From positions 496-64,495 of the forward strand of contig CACOBG010000006.1 in the NCBI GenBank assembly GCA_902625415.1: DNA of 64,000 nt. The letters are read 5' to 3'. Position numbers and translations under genes: made by a program. The notes beneath the pieces were generated by a model that saw only the letters and a program-made list of their open reading frames with translations, had not been told where the DNA came from and made no database searches. This DNA is from an uncultured SAR86 cluster bacterium (GTDB taxonomy: Bacteria; Pseudomonadota; Gammaproteobacteria; Magnimaribacterales; AG-339-G14). The number at the start of each line of letters is the position of its first letter. Within the stretch, counting starts at the first letter, position 1. Of the stretch, positions 28,022 through 36,523 are shown piece after piece.

Positions 28022-29695
28022 ATGAGTTTTTTACAGAATAAAAAGAAAATTAAAGGAGCTGAGCTTTTTATTCGATGTCTAGAAGAAGAAGGCGTAGAGT
28101 ACATTTTTGGTTTACCCGGAGAGGAAAATCTCGATTTTCTTGAATGTCTTTGTAAATCAAACAAAATCAAACTTATTTTAACAAGGCACGAACAAGGAGC
28201 AGGATTTATGGCAGCTACCTATGGAAGGTTAACTGGAAAAGCTGGTGTGTGTTTGACAACTTTAGGCCCAGGTGCAACCAATTTAGTCACTTCTGCAGCT
28301 TATGCCCAACTTGGAGGAATGCCGTTAGTGATGATAACTGGTCAAAAACCAATAAAGAATACTAAGCAAGGTAAATTCCAAATTTTGGATGTTGTAGATT
28401 TAATGCAGCCAATAACTAAATATACCCATCAAATATCTTCAGCTAATATGATCGCCTCAGAAGTGAGAGAAGCTTTTAGGCTTGCCGAAGAAGAAAGACC
28501 AGGCGCAGTTCATCTTGAATTACCTGAAGACATTGCAGTTGAAGAAACAAGGAGAAGACCTTTGCTAAAAAGTGTCGTACGACGTCCTGTACCAGATGAA
28601 AAGTCTATAAATCAAGCTGTAAAGTTGATTGAAGACTCGAAAAGACCACTTCTGGTTCTAGGAGGCGGAGCGAACAGAACTAGCACAAGTAAAATGCTTC
28701 TGGAATTTGTTGAGAAAACAAAAATTCCTTTCATCACAACTCAACTAGGTAAAGGTGCTTTAAATGAGAGACATGAAAATTTTCTTGGGTGCGCTGCTCT
28801 GACTGATGGAGATTTCGTTCACAGAGCTATTGAAGAATCAGATCAAATTATTACAGTCGGTCAAGATAACTTTGAAAAGCCTCCCTTTATTATGCAAGAA
28901 AAAAAAGGAACCAAGGTCATACATATTGATCACATAACAGCAAGTGTCAATGGTATCTACTTTCCGCAATTGATGGTCACTGGAGACATAGCGAATGCTA
29001 TTTGGCAAATCAAAGAAAAAATAAAAATAAACCCCCAATGGGATTTTTCAAAAATGCTTCAAACGAGAAAAGCTCATTTAGAACATTCTGAAAAAATCAG
29101 AGAGGATAGTAGATTTCCTATTTTTCCTCCGTACTTAGTTCGACAAATAAGAAATGCAATGCCAGAGGATGGAATAATTACGATGGATAACGGCGTATAT
29201 AAACTATGGTTTGCTAGAGGTTATCCTGCACTCAATCAAAATACCGTTATTTTAGACAACGCCCTTGCAAGTATGGGGGCCGGGCTACCATCTGCAATTA
29301 CAGCCGCAATGATATTTCCAGATAAAAAAGTTATTTCTGTATGCGGAGATGGAGGCTTCATGATGAATAGCCAGGAGTTAGAAACTGCAGTAAGGCTAGG
29401 AGTGAATCTTACAGTAGTAATTCTAAATGATAAGGCTTACGGAATGGTTAAATGGAAACAAGAAAATATGAAGTTTTCCGATTTTGGTTTAAGTTTCGAA
29501 AACCCTGATTTTGTAAAATATGCTGAGGCCTATGGTGCCAAAGGTCATCGAATTAATAATGCTGAAAACCTAATAAAAACCTTAAAAGCTTGCTTAGATT
29601 CTCCCGGCGTTCATGTTATAGATTGTCCTGTTGATTATAGCGAGAATGATAAGATTCTAAATAAAGATTTAAAAAAAATTAGTTCAGCTTTATAA
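28022..29695 (+). CDS. ThDP-dependent enzyme of the acetolactate-synthase-large-subunit-like family; candidate 2-oxoglutarate decarboxylase
   Basis: GAELFIRCLEEEGVEYIFGLPGEENL, RHEQGA, TLGPGATNL, GDGGFMMNSQELETA, NDKAYG, DCPVDYSEN. No small regulatory subunit is adjacent. An alternative TTG start lies at 28019. Confidence 0.85.
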   Translation: MSFLQNKKKIKGAELFIRCLEEEGVEYIFGLPGEENLDFLECLCKSNKIKLILTRHEQGAGFMAATYGRLTGKAGVCLTTLGPGATNLVTSAAYAQLGGMPLVMITGQKPIKNTKQGKFQILDVVDLMQPITKYTHQISSANMIASEVREAFRLAEEERPGAVHLELPEDIAVEETRRRPLLKSVVRRPVPDEKSINQAVKLIEDSKRPLLVLGGGANRTSTSKMLLEFVEKTKIPFITTQLGKGALNERHENFLGCAALTDGDFVHRAIEESDQIITVGQDNFEKPPFIMQEKKGTKVIHIDHITASVNGIYFPQLMVTGDIANAIWQIKEKIKINPQWDFSKMLQTRKAHLEHSEKIREDSRFPIFPPYLVRQIRNAMPEDGIITMDNGVYKLWFARGYPALNQNTVILDNALASMGAGLPSAITAAMIFPDKKVISVCGDGGFMMNSQELETAVRLGVNLTVVILNDKAYGMVKWKQENMKFSDFGLSFENPDFVKYAEAYGAKGHRINNAENLIKTLKACLDSPGVHVIDCPVDYSENDKILNKDLKKISSAL

Positions 29696-29791
29696 AAACA
29701 TTCAAACTTATAAATCATTATTAGATAACTACCTTCTTATTCTTAAGTTCACAAAAAATTATTCAATTTTTATCAAGAGAAATTTATAAGA

Positions 29792-29823
29792 TATAATTGT
29801 CACTAAATGTTCCCAAAAAGGAG
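29792..29823 (+). promoter_or_regulatory. Putative -10 box (TATAAT 29792-29797) and strong SD (AAGGAG 29818-29823) for the acylating aldehyde dehydrogenase
   Basis: Read directly from the 134-bp intergenic region. The SD is 6 nt from the ATG. Confidence 0.55.
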
Positions 29824-29829
29824 TAAACA

Positions 29830-31218
29830 ATGCAGGAAATAGATACTTCTAAAGTAAAAGAAAGTTCAATTAATGATCTTGTAGAAAGAGCGCGTATCGC
29901 TCAGGCCAAGTATGAATCATTCTCACAACAACAAGTTGATGCAGTTGTTCGAGATATTGGAAAATTTGTTTACGACAATGCTGAGTCATTAGCAAAAATG
30001 GCCGTTGAGGAGACCGAAATGGGATCCTATGAAGATAAAATACTCAAAAATAAGGGAAAAGCCCGAGTTATTTGGAATAATTTGAAGGACAAAAAGTCTA
30101 GAGGTGTGATCGGCGAAGATAATGAAACTAACCTAGTCTTTGTCGCAAAACCAATGGGAGTTGTAGCTGCTGTAACTCCTGTTACTAATCCAATTGTAAC
30201 TCCAATGTGTAATGGCATGTTTGCTCTTAAAACCGGTAACGCAGTTATTTTTGCATCTCATCCTAAGGCTCAAAAATGTGCAGAGTACTTAACCTCTGAA
30301 TTTATGAAAATAGTTAAGTCTCATGATGGTCCAGATAATCTCATTCAAGTTGTTACTAATGGGTCAGTAGAAAAGACTCAACAACTCATGCAATCTGCTG
30401 ATGTAGTTGTTGCTACAGGAGGCGGAGCGATGGTTAAATCAGCCTATTCTTCAGGTAAACCATCCTTTGGAGTAGGAGCTGGGAATGTACCAGTTATAAT
30501 AGATAGAAATGTAAATTTAAAAGAAGCTGTTGAAAAAATTGTAGACGGGGCGTCTTTCGATCATGGCATCATTTGCTCTCATGAGCAATTTGTAATAGCT
30601 CCTGAAGAAAATTTCGATCAAACAATAGAATTATTCACAAATACAGGAAAGGTATGGTTTACGGATGATAAATCACAAATACAAAAGCTTCGCGAAGTCG
30701 TATTCCTCGATGGCCACTTGAATAAGGATGTGGTGGGAAAATCGGCAAGCGATGTTGGTAAAATGGCAGGCATTGAAGTCCCCGACTCCGCAAAATTGAT
30801 TTTGCTTCCAGCAGATGGATCGGGAAATGAAGATGTTCTTGCTAAAGAAAAGCTCTGTCCAGTGATAGCAATAGTACCTTATTCAACTTTTGACAATGCA
30901 GTTGCTATGGCAAAAGCAAATCTTTTAGTAGAAGGCGCAGGTCATTCGGCAGCTTTACACTCAAATGATGATAAAAACATCAAAATGGCAGGCATTGAGC
31001 TTCCCATCAGTCGCCTTGTTGTCAACCAACCAAGCTCTACTACTGCTGGGGGCTCTTTAACAAATGGTTTTGCACCGACTACTACTTTAGGTTGTGGTTC
31101 ATGGGGAGGTAATTCAATTTCTGAAAATCTTGATTACAAGCACTTAATGAATGTTTCTAGAATTGGAAAAGTTATAACTGATAAAGAAGTTCCATCAGAT
31201 GAAGAAATCTGGGCTTAA
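29830..31218 (+). CDS. CoA-acylating aldehyde dehydrogenase, succinate-semialdehyde dehydrogenase / succinyl-CoA reductase type (Clostridium SucD-like)
   Basis: AVEETEMGSYEDK, VAKPMGVVAAVTPVTNPIVTPMCN, ATGG..MVKSAYSSGKP..GVGAGN, catalytic GIICS, KEKLCP, GAGHSA, PTTTLGCGSWGGNSISENL, C-terminal VPSDEEIW. These closely track my recollection of C. kluyveri SucD. Confidence 0.8.
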   Translation: MQEIDTSKVKESSINDLVERARIAQAKYESFSQQQVDAVVRDIGKFVYDNAESLAKMAVEETEMGSYEDKILKNKGKARVIWNNLKDKKSRGVIGEDNETNLVFVAKPMGVVAAVTPVTNPIVTPMCNGMFALKTGNAVIFASHPKAQKCAEYLTSEFMKIVKSHDGPDNLIQVVTNGSVEKTQQLMQSADVVVATGGGAMVKSAYSSGKPSFGVGAGNVPVIIDRNVNLKEAVEKIVDGASFDHGIICSHEQFVIAPEENFDQTIELFTNTGKVWFTDDKSQIQKLREVVFLDGHLNKDVVGKSASDVGKMAGIEVPDSAKLILLPADGSGNEDVLAKEKLCPVIAIVPYSTFDNAVAMAKANLLVEGAGHSAALHSNDDKNIKMAGIELPISRLVVNQPSSTTAGGSLTNGFAPTTTLGCGSWGGNSISENLDYKHLMNVSRIGKVITDKEVPSDEEIWA

Positions 31219-31366
31219 TCATTTAATTTTTTAGAGTTATCCTAAATTTAGCTTTTTTGAGCTCTTATAATTTTTTTGCATAAAATAAATAATAAGTTTA
31301 TACAATTAATTATAAAAAATTGCTGTACCTTATTTTTTTATATAAATGTGGTACAATAAATTTGAG

Positions 31367-32791
31367 ATGGACAAGAAATATTTATTCAAAAGAAACAACG
31401 TATGGTGGGTGAAACTAGCTGTACCTGTGTACCTTAGAGACAAGTTAGGTTTTGATTTAAGAAAATCTACAGGAGAAAAAGATTTGGAAAAGGCGCTTCT
31501 TGTGAGAGATAGCATTTTAAGTGAATTTAAAGCTAAGTTTTCTTCAGACATAGATCGTAAACCTTCTTCAGAGACAAACTTTTCAAACAAAACAACATAT
31601 CTTGATTATGCATCAACTACTCCAGTTGATGAAAGAGTCATTGAAAAAATGAAAGAATGCTTATCTTTTGAAGGGGCTTTTGGAAATTCAGGTTCTAGAT
31701 CGCATGTGTATGGTTGGAAAGCAGAAGAACTCGTTGAGGAAGCTCGTCTTAACGTATCGAATTTATTAAGTTGTGATCCAAGAGAAATTATTTGGACTTC
31801 TGGAGCTACTGAATCCGATAATTTAGCAATTAAAGGTGCAGCTTATTTTTATCAATCAAAAGGCAGACACATAATAACATCCAAAATTGAGCATAAAGCT
31901 GTACTCGATGTGTGTAGGCAGCTTGAGAAAGAAAACTTTGAAGTCACGTATTTGGATCCTGATGAGAGCGGTGTTATTTCTCCTCAAGCAGTCAAAGATG
32001 CAATTAGAGAAGACACAGTTTTAGTTTCGCTTATGCAGATTAACAATGAAATTGGAGTTCTCAACGATATTGATCAAATAGGATTAATTACTAGGGAAAA
32101 CGGCACCATCTTTCATGTTGATGCAGCTCAAAGTGCAGGAAAAATTCCCATAAATCTAAGTAAACTTAATGTAGATTTAATGTCTTTTTCCGCTCACAAA
32201 ATATATGGACCTAAAGGAATTGGAGCTTTGTATATTCGAAGAAAACCAAGAGTCAGATTGCAACCGCTTTTCCATGGCGGAGGTCAGGAAAGAGGAATCA
32301 GAGCAGGAACTTTACCCACTCATCAGATAGTAGGAATGGGAGAGGCTTTTAGAATCGCTCAAGAACAAATGGAGATTGACCACAAAAGGCTTACCAACTT
32401 TAGATCCATTCTATGGAATGGTCTAAAAGATATGGAAGAAGTTTATATAAACGGATCTATAGAAAATGGTTTTCCCGGCATATTCAACATGTCGTTTAAC
32501 TTTGTAGAAGGCGAATCTCTAATTATGGCTCTTAAAAATATTGCTGTTTCATCTGGATCAGCATGTACATCAGCTAGTCTCGAACCTTCCTATGTTTTAA
32601 GGGCACTTGGTAGGCCTGATGAGCTGGCACACAGTTCAATTAGATTTTCTTTCGGAAGATTCACAAAGAAAGAAGAAGTTGAGAACACCGTAGATCTTGT
32701 AAAAAATTCTGTATCTCAATTAAGAGAAATTTCACCTCTTTGGGAAATGTACCAAGATGGTATTGATTTAGATAAGATTGAATGGGCATAA
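31367..32791 (+). CDS. iscS: IscS cysteine desulfurase with a fused N-terminal DUF6538-like (integrase arm-type) domain
   Basis: IscS core: [37 protein letters not shown]. It is preceded in frame by [33 protein letters not shown]...A. The start at 31367 is preferred because a TG-N-TACAAT box (31349-31357) lies within the ORF-track codons from 31346. Confidence 0.9.
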   Translation: MDKKYLFKRNNVWWVKLAVPVYLRDKLGFDLRKSTGEKDLEKALLVRDSILSEFKAKFSSDIDRKPSSETNFSNKTTYLDYASTTPVDERVIEKMKECLSFEGAFGNSGSRSHVYGWKAEELVEEARLNVSNLLSCDPREIIWTSGATESDNLAIKGAAYFYQSKGRHIITSKIEHKAVLDVCRQLEKENFEVTYLDPDESGVISPQAVKDAIREDTVLVSLMQINNEIGVLNDIDQIGLITRENGTIFHVDAAQSAGKIPINLSKLNVDLMSFSAHKIYGPKGIGALYIRRKPRVRLQPLFHGGGQERGIRAGTLPTHQIVGMGEAFRIAQEQMEIDHKRLTNFRSILWNGLKDMEEVYINGSIENGFPGIFNMSFNFVEGESLIMALKNIAVSSGSACTSASLEPSYVLRALGRPDELAHSSIRFSFGRFTKKEEVENTVDLVKNSVSQLREISPLWEMYQDGIDLDKIEWA

Positions 32792-32812
32792 AAATTTTTA
32801 AGTGAGGTAAAT

Positions 32813-33235
32813 ATGGCATATTCACAAAAAGTAGTTGATAAATTTGAAGAAACTTTAAAGAATCCAGAAGGCGCAAGCGTCGGAAGATGGAAGCCGGGGG
32901 ATAAAGATTTCCACAGGGTTGGAACTGGTATTGTAGGAGCTCCAGCATGCGGCGATGTCATGAAATTACAAATTAAGTGTGAGAATATCGAGGGCGAAAA
33001 TAGAATTGTTGATGCTAGATTTAAAACTTATGGCTGTGGGTCTGCAATTGCGTCTAGCGGCCAATTAATTGATATGCTAAAAGGTAAGACTCTAGAAGAG
33101 GCTCAGAATATTTCTAACCAAGAAATCGTAGATATTTTAGAATTACCTGCAATCAAAATTCACTGTAGTGTTCTTGCAGAAGAAGCTATTCACAGAGCTA
33201 TAGATGACTTTAAAAGTTTAAGAAATAATGACTAA
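32813..33235 (+). CDS. iscU: Fe-S scaffold IscU (variant LPAIK motif)
   Basis: MAYS.KV, VGAPACGDVMKLQIK, ARFKTYGCGSAIASS, KIHCSVLAEEAI. Confidence 0.96.
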   Translation: MAYSQKVVDKFEETLKNPEGASVGRWKPGDKDFHRVGTGIVGAPACGDVMKLQIKCENIEGENRIVDARFKTYGCGSAIASSGQLIDMLKGKTLEEAQNISNQEIVDILELPAIKIHCSVLAEEAIHRAIDDFKSLRNND

Positions 33236-33963
33236 TGCCAAAAATAAAAGTTTTACCTCATGAAGAGCTTTGTCCAGAAGGGATTGAGTTTGAAGCAGAA
33301 GAAGGCAAGTCTGTCTGTGAAAACTTATTAAATCATTCCGTTGATATAGAACATGCTTGTGAACTTTCTTGTGCATGCACAACTTGTCATGTAATTTTTG
33401 TTGAAGGATTTAACTCTCTTAATGAGTCATCAGATGACGAAGAGGATCTTCTAGATAAAGCTTGGGGCTTAGAACAAAGATCAAGATTGAGTTGCCAAAC
33501 AATTGTTTCTAATTCAGACTTAACCATCGAAATTCCGAAATATACAATAAATATGGTTTCTGAGAATCACCCAAAGCCTAAGAATGATTTAAGTAGAGAA
33601 ATATCATCAGCTGACTTTAATATTTCTAACTCTGCCGCTAAACACCTTAATTCTATGGTTGCATCTGAAAATTCTTCTGGGGTTAGAATTTCCCTTAAGG
33701 ATTCGGGATGTTCTGGCTTTGCCTACCAAATTGATCTAGTAGAAAAAATTGAAGAAAATGACTTTAATGGATTAATAAATGGAGTTAATTTATTCATACA
33801 AGATAAAAGTTTTATTTTCCTGAAAGGAACAAAAATAGATTTTGTGAAAAAAGACTTAAACGAAGAATTAGTTTTCTTAAATCCAAATGTTTCTGCGGAA
33901 TGCGGATGCGGAGAGAGTTTTAACTTTGATTCTAGTTTGATAAAAGATTTGTCTACAAGATAG
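33235..33963 (+). CDS. Fusion of ISC [2Fe-2S] ferredoxin and an IscA/HesB-family A-type carrier
   Basis: N-half MPKI.VLPH.ELCPEG, HACELSCACTTCH, SRLSCQ, IPKYTIN. C-half ISNSAAKHL, SGCSGFAY, NPNVSAECGCGESF. No stop or Met at the junction. Confidence 0.9.
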   Translation: MPKIKVLPHEELCPEGIEFEAEEGKSVCENLLNHSVDIEHACELSCACTTCHVIFVEGFNSLNESSDDEEDLLDKAWGLEQRSRLSCQTIVSNSDLTIEIPKYTINMVSENHPKPKNDLSREISSADFNISNSAAKHLNSMVASENSSGVRISLKDSGCSGFAYQIDLVEKIEENDFNGLINGVNLFIQDKSFIFLKGTKIDFVKKDLNEELVFLNPNVSAECGCGESFNFDSSLIKDLSTR

Positions 33964-34163
33964 TGTCTATGAACTGGTCAGATACTTTCGAGATCGTAGA
34001 TATTCTTTGCGAACAATTTCCAGATGTAGATCCTGAAAAAATTCTTTTTATTGATCTTATGAATTTGGTTCTGTCTCTGGAAGGTTTCGAGGGCAAAAAA
34101 GAAAACTGTAATGAAAGAATCCTAGAGGCTATACAATCTCTATGGATAGAGGAGAGCAATTAA
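33963..34163 (+). CDS. iscX: Fe-S assembly protein IscX
   Basis: MNWSDTFEI...L...PDVDP..I.F.DL...V..LEGF......NERILEAIQ..W. Confidence 0.93.
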   Translation: MSMNWSDTFEIVDILCEQFPDVDPEKILFIDLMNLVLSLEGFEGKKENCNERILEAIQSLWIEESN

Positions 34164-34570
34164 TGTCTGAAAAAACCTTGTGCATCATAAAACCAGATGC
34201 AGTTGCAAATAATTTTGTAGATCAAATTAATGAGATGATTGAATCAAAGGGACTGTCTATTTTAAAAAGTAAAAAAACAGACATTTCTCCGAAAATTGCT
34301 AAGCAGTTTTATGCAGAGCATTCAGAAAAACCTTTTTTTAATGAACTTGTGAATTTTATTACTTCGGGACCTGCAGTGGTTCAAATTCTTGAAGGAGATT
34401 CGTGCATCTTGAACTACAGAAGTTTAATGGGAGCAACCAATCCGGAAGAAGCTGAAGAGGGAACCATCAGAAAGAAATTTGCTGAATCAATTTCTAAAAA
34501 TGCGGTGCACGGTTCAGATTCACCAGAATCTGCAGACAGAGAAATTGAAATAATGTCTGCTTTGTTTTAG
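34163..34570 (+). CDS. ndk: Nucleoside diphosphate kinase
   Basis: EKTLCIIKPDAV, FYAEH.EKPFF, MGATNP, GTIR, NAVHGSDS.ESA.REI. Confidence 0.98.
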   Translation: MSEKTLCIIKPDAVANNFVDQINEMIESKGLSILKSKKTDISPKIAKQFYAEHSEKPFFNELVNFITSGPAVVQILEGDSCILNYRSLMGATNPEEAEEGTIRKKFAESISKNAVHGSDSPESADREIEIMSALF

Positions 34571-34579
34571 TTTAATGTT

Positions 34580-35425
34580 ATGGAAAGCTGGAACGAACAG
34601 CTAAAAACTAAAATTCTTGAATCAGAATTTTCTGTTAAAGAAATATCAGATAAGACAAAAATTCCTTCAAAATTCATTGAAGCAATTGAGAGAGCTGACT
34701 TTAAAAAACTACCGGCTGAAATTTTTGCAAAATCTCAAATAGAGCGACTTTTTAAATTTTTAGGAATTGATCCAAGTGAAGCGCTTAAAGACTATGAAGA
34801 ATTCATATCACCACCAGTAATATTATCTGAAGATGAGCCATCAGCAGACACAAACTTTTATTTTCAGAATTTTTTAAATAATCTAAATTTACCGAGCGTA
34901 AGAAATTCCTACCTTAAATATGGAGGTATTTTTCTTATTTCTATCATTTTACTTGTTTTAATGTTTTCTATTACTGACGATGAGGAAATAGATTTATTAG
35001 AGAATAAAGAAAAAGGGAGCTCATTAGAATCATTAGAAATTGAAAATCAAGACTTATTTATCAGTCCTTCTGAGGAAGAATTTTTAGATGAGAATCTAGT
35101 TAACAACGATTTATCTCTAAATGGCAGGATCATAGGCGATTTGAGCCAAAAAGATTTGGCAAGAAAGATTGAAATTGTTATTGAAGGTGAAAGTTGGGTA
35201 GTAGTTTTTGATAAAAATGAAAGGCTTTTATACGAATTAATGCAAACTGGAAGTTATGAACTTTCAGGAATCTCTCCATTAAGGTTTAAAATAGGCTATG
35301 CTCCTGCAACAAATTTATACATTGATGATCAAAGGATTAGTTTTTCTAGAGCAATTAAAGGAGCTACTAACTATGCTCATTTTTGGGTAAACGAGGAAAA
35401 TAAAGTTGAATCAATTAGAGATTAA
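34580..35425 (+). CDS. rodZ: RodZ (HTH, TM, DUF4115)
   Basis: HTH ([12 protein letters not shown]...IEAIE..DF), single TM, C-terminal SWV.V.D....L...L and [11 protein letters not shown]. Syntenic with ndk and ispG. Confidence 0.85.
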   Translation: MESWNEQLKTKILESEFSVKEISDKTKIPSKFIEAIERADFKKLPAEIFAKSQIERLFKFLGIDPSEALKDYEEFISPPVILSEDEPSADTNFYFQNFLNNLNLPSVRNSYLKYGGIFLISIILLVLMFSITDDEEIDLLENKEKGSSLESLEIENQDLFISPSEEEFLDENLVNNDLSLNGRIIGDLSQKDLARKIEIVIEGESWVVVFDKNERLLYELMQTGSYELSGISPLRFKIGYAPATNLYIDDQRISFSRAIKGATNYAHFWVNEENKVESIRD

Positions 35426-36518
35426 AAGAAGAAAAAGCAGACTGATTCACGTCGGAAATGTTCCCGTAGGAGGAGACTCTTTGATATCAGTTCAAAGTAT
35501 GACCAATACATTAACAACGGACATAAAAAAAACTGTTGCACAAATTAAAGAATTGGAAAAAGTTGGAGCAGATTTAATTAGAGTTTCTGTTCCAGATGAA
35601 GATTCTGTAAAAGCCTTCAAAAAAATAAAAGAGCAAGCAAAGGTTCCTTTAATTGCTGATATTCATTTTGATTACAAAATAGCCATTCAGGTTGCAGAAC
35701 AAGGTGCAGATTGTTTGAGAATAAATCCTGGAAACATTGGTAACGAAAAAAAAGTAAAAGAAGTTATTGCTTGTGCATCTCATCACAATATTCCGATTAG
35801 GATCGGAGTAAATGCAGGCTCTCTTGAAAAAAAATTGCAAAAAAAATATGGAGAGCCTAATTCCGATGCATTAGTAGAATCCGCCATGAATCATGTAAAT
35901 ATTTTAAAGAAACAAAATTTTGAAAATTTTAAACTTAGTATAAAGGCTTCTGATATCTTTATGATGACAGAAAGTTACAGAAAAATTAGCTCTTTGATTG
36001 ACCAACCCCTTCATTTAGGGCTGACAGAAGCTGGCGGCCAAAGAAGTGGAACTATCAAATCATCTATAGCAATTGGACAACTTCTTTCAGAGGGCATAGG
36101 CGACACTATAAGAGTATCTTTAGCTTCAGACCCATGCGAAGAAATCAAGGTTGGATTTGATATTTTACGGTCACTAAAATTAAGAAAGAAGGGTATCAAT
36201 TTCATCGCATGTCCAAGTTGCGCAAGACAAAATTTTGATGTCATTAAAACCATGAACGAACTTGAATCTAGGCTTGAAGATGTTACAGAAAATATAGATG
36301 TTGCGGTTATTGGCTGTTATGTAAATGGACCCGGAGAATCTAAAGCAGCGGACGTTGGCTTAACTGGAGCTTCACCAAATAATCTTGTATACATAGATGG
36401 AAAGGCAGACCATAAACTTTCAAACAAAGAACTTATCGACTCTCTTGAGAAATTAATTAGGAAGAAAGCAAAAAAAGTTATGCAATCCAAAAGTAAGCTT
36501 TCCATTAAAGAGGTCTAA
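35406..36518 (+). CDS. ispG: HMBPP synthase (TTG start)
   Basis: [60 protein letters not shown]. Confidence 0.98.
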   Translation: MNQLEIKRRKSRLIHVGNVPVGGDSLISVQSMTNTLTTDIKKTVAQIKELEKVGADLIRVSVPDEDSVKAFKKIKEQAKVPLIADIHFDYKIAIQVAEQGADCLRINPGNIGNEKKVKEVIACASHHNIPIRIGVNAGSLEKKLQKKYGEPNSDALVESAMNHVNILKKQNFENFKLSIKASDIFMMTESYRKISSLIDQPLHLGLTEAGGQRSGTIKSSIAIGQLLSEGIGDTIRVSLASDPCEEIKVGFDILRSLKLRKKGINFIACPSCARQNFDVIKTMNELESRLEDVTENIDVAVIGCYVNGPGESKAADVGLTGASPNNLVYIDGKADHKLSNKELIDSLEKLIRKKAKKVMQSKSKLSIKEV

Positions 36519-36523
36519 CAATC

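Noticed and set aside
28022-29695. Calling the ThDP enzyme a biosynthetic ilvB/ilvI
   Set aside because: No ilvH/ilvN or other ilv gene is adjacent, and the N-terminus (IFGLPGEEN rather than IFGYPGGA) fits the ALS-like/OgdA branch. No gene symbol was assigned.
29707-29790. 9-bp inverted repeat CTTATAAAT / ATTTATAAG in the ALS-ALDH spacer
   Set aside because: Almost all A/T with a 66-nt separation, so it is expected by chance at this composition.
31367-31600. DUF6538-like segment as the remnant of an integrated element
   Set aside because: No catalytic recombinase domain, att-like repeat or phage gene is nearby, and the segment is in frame with an essential gene. Reported as a fusion instead.
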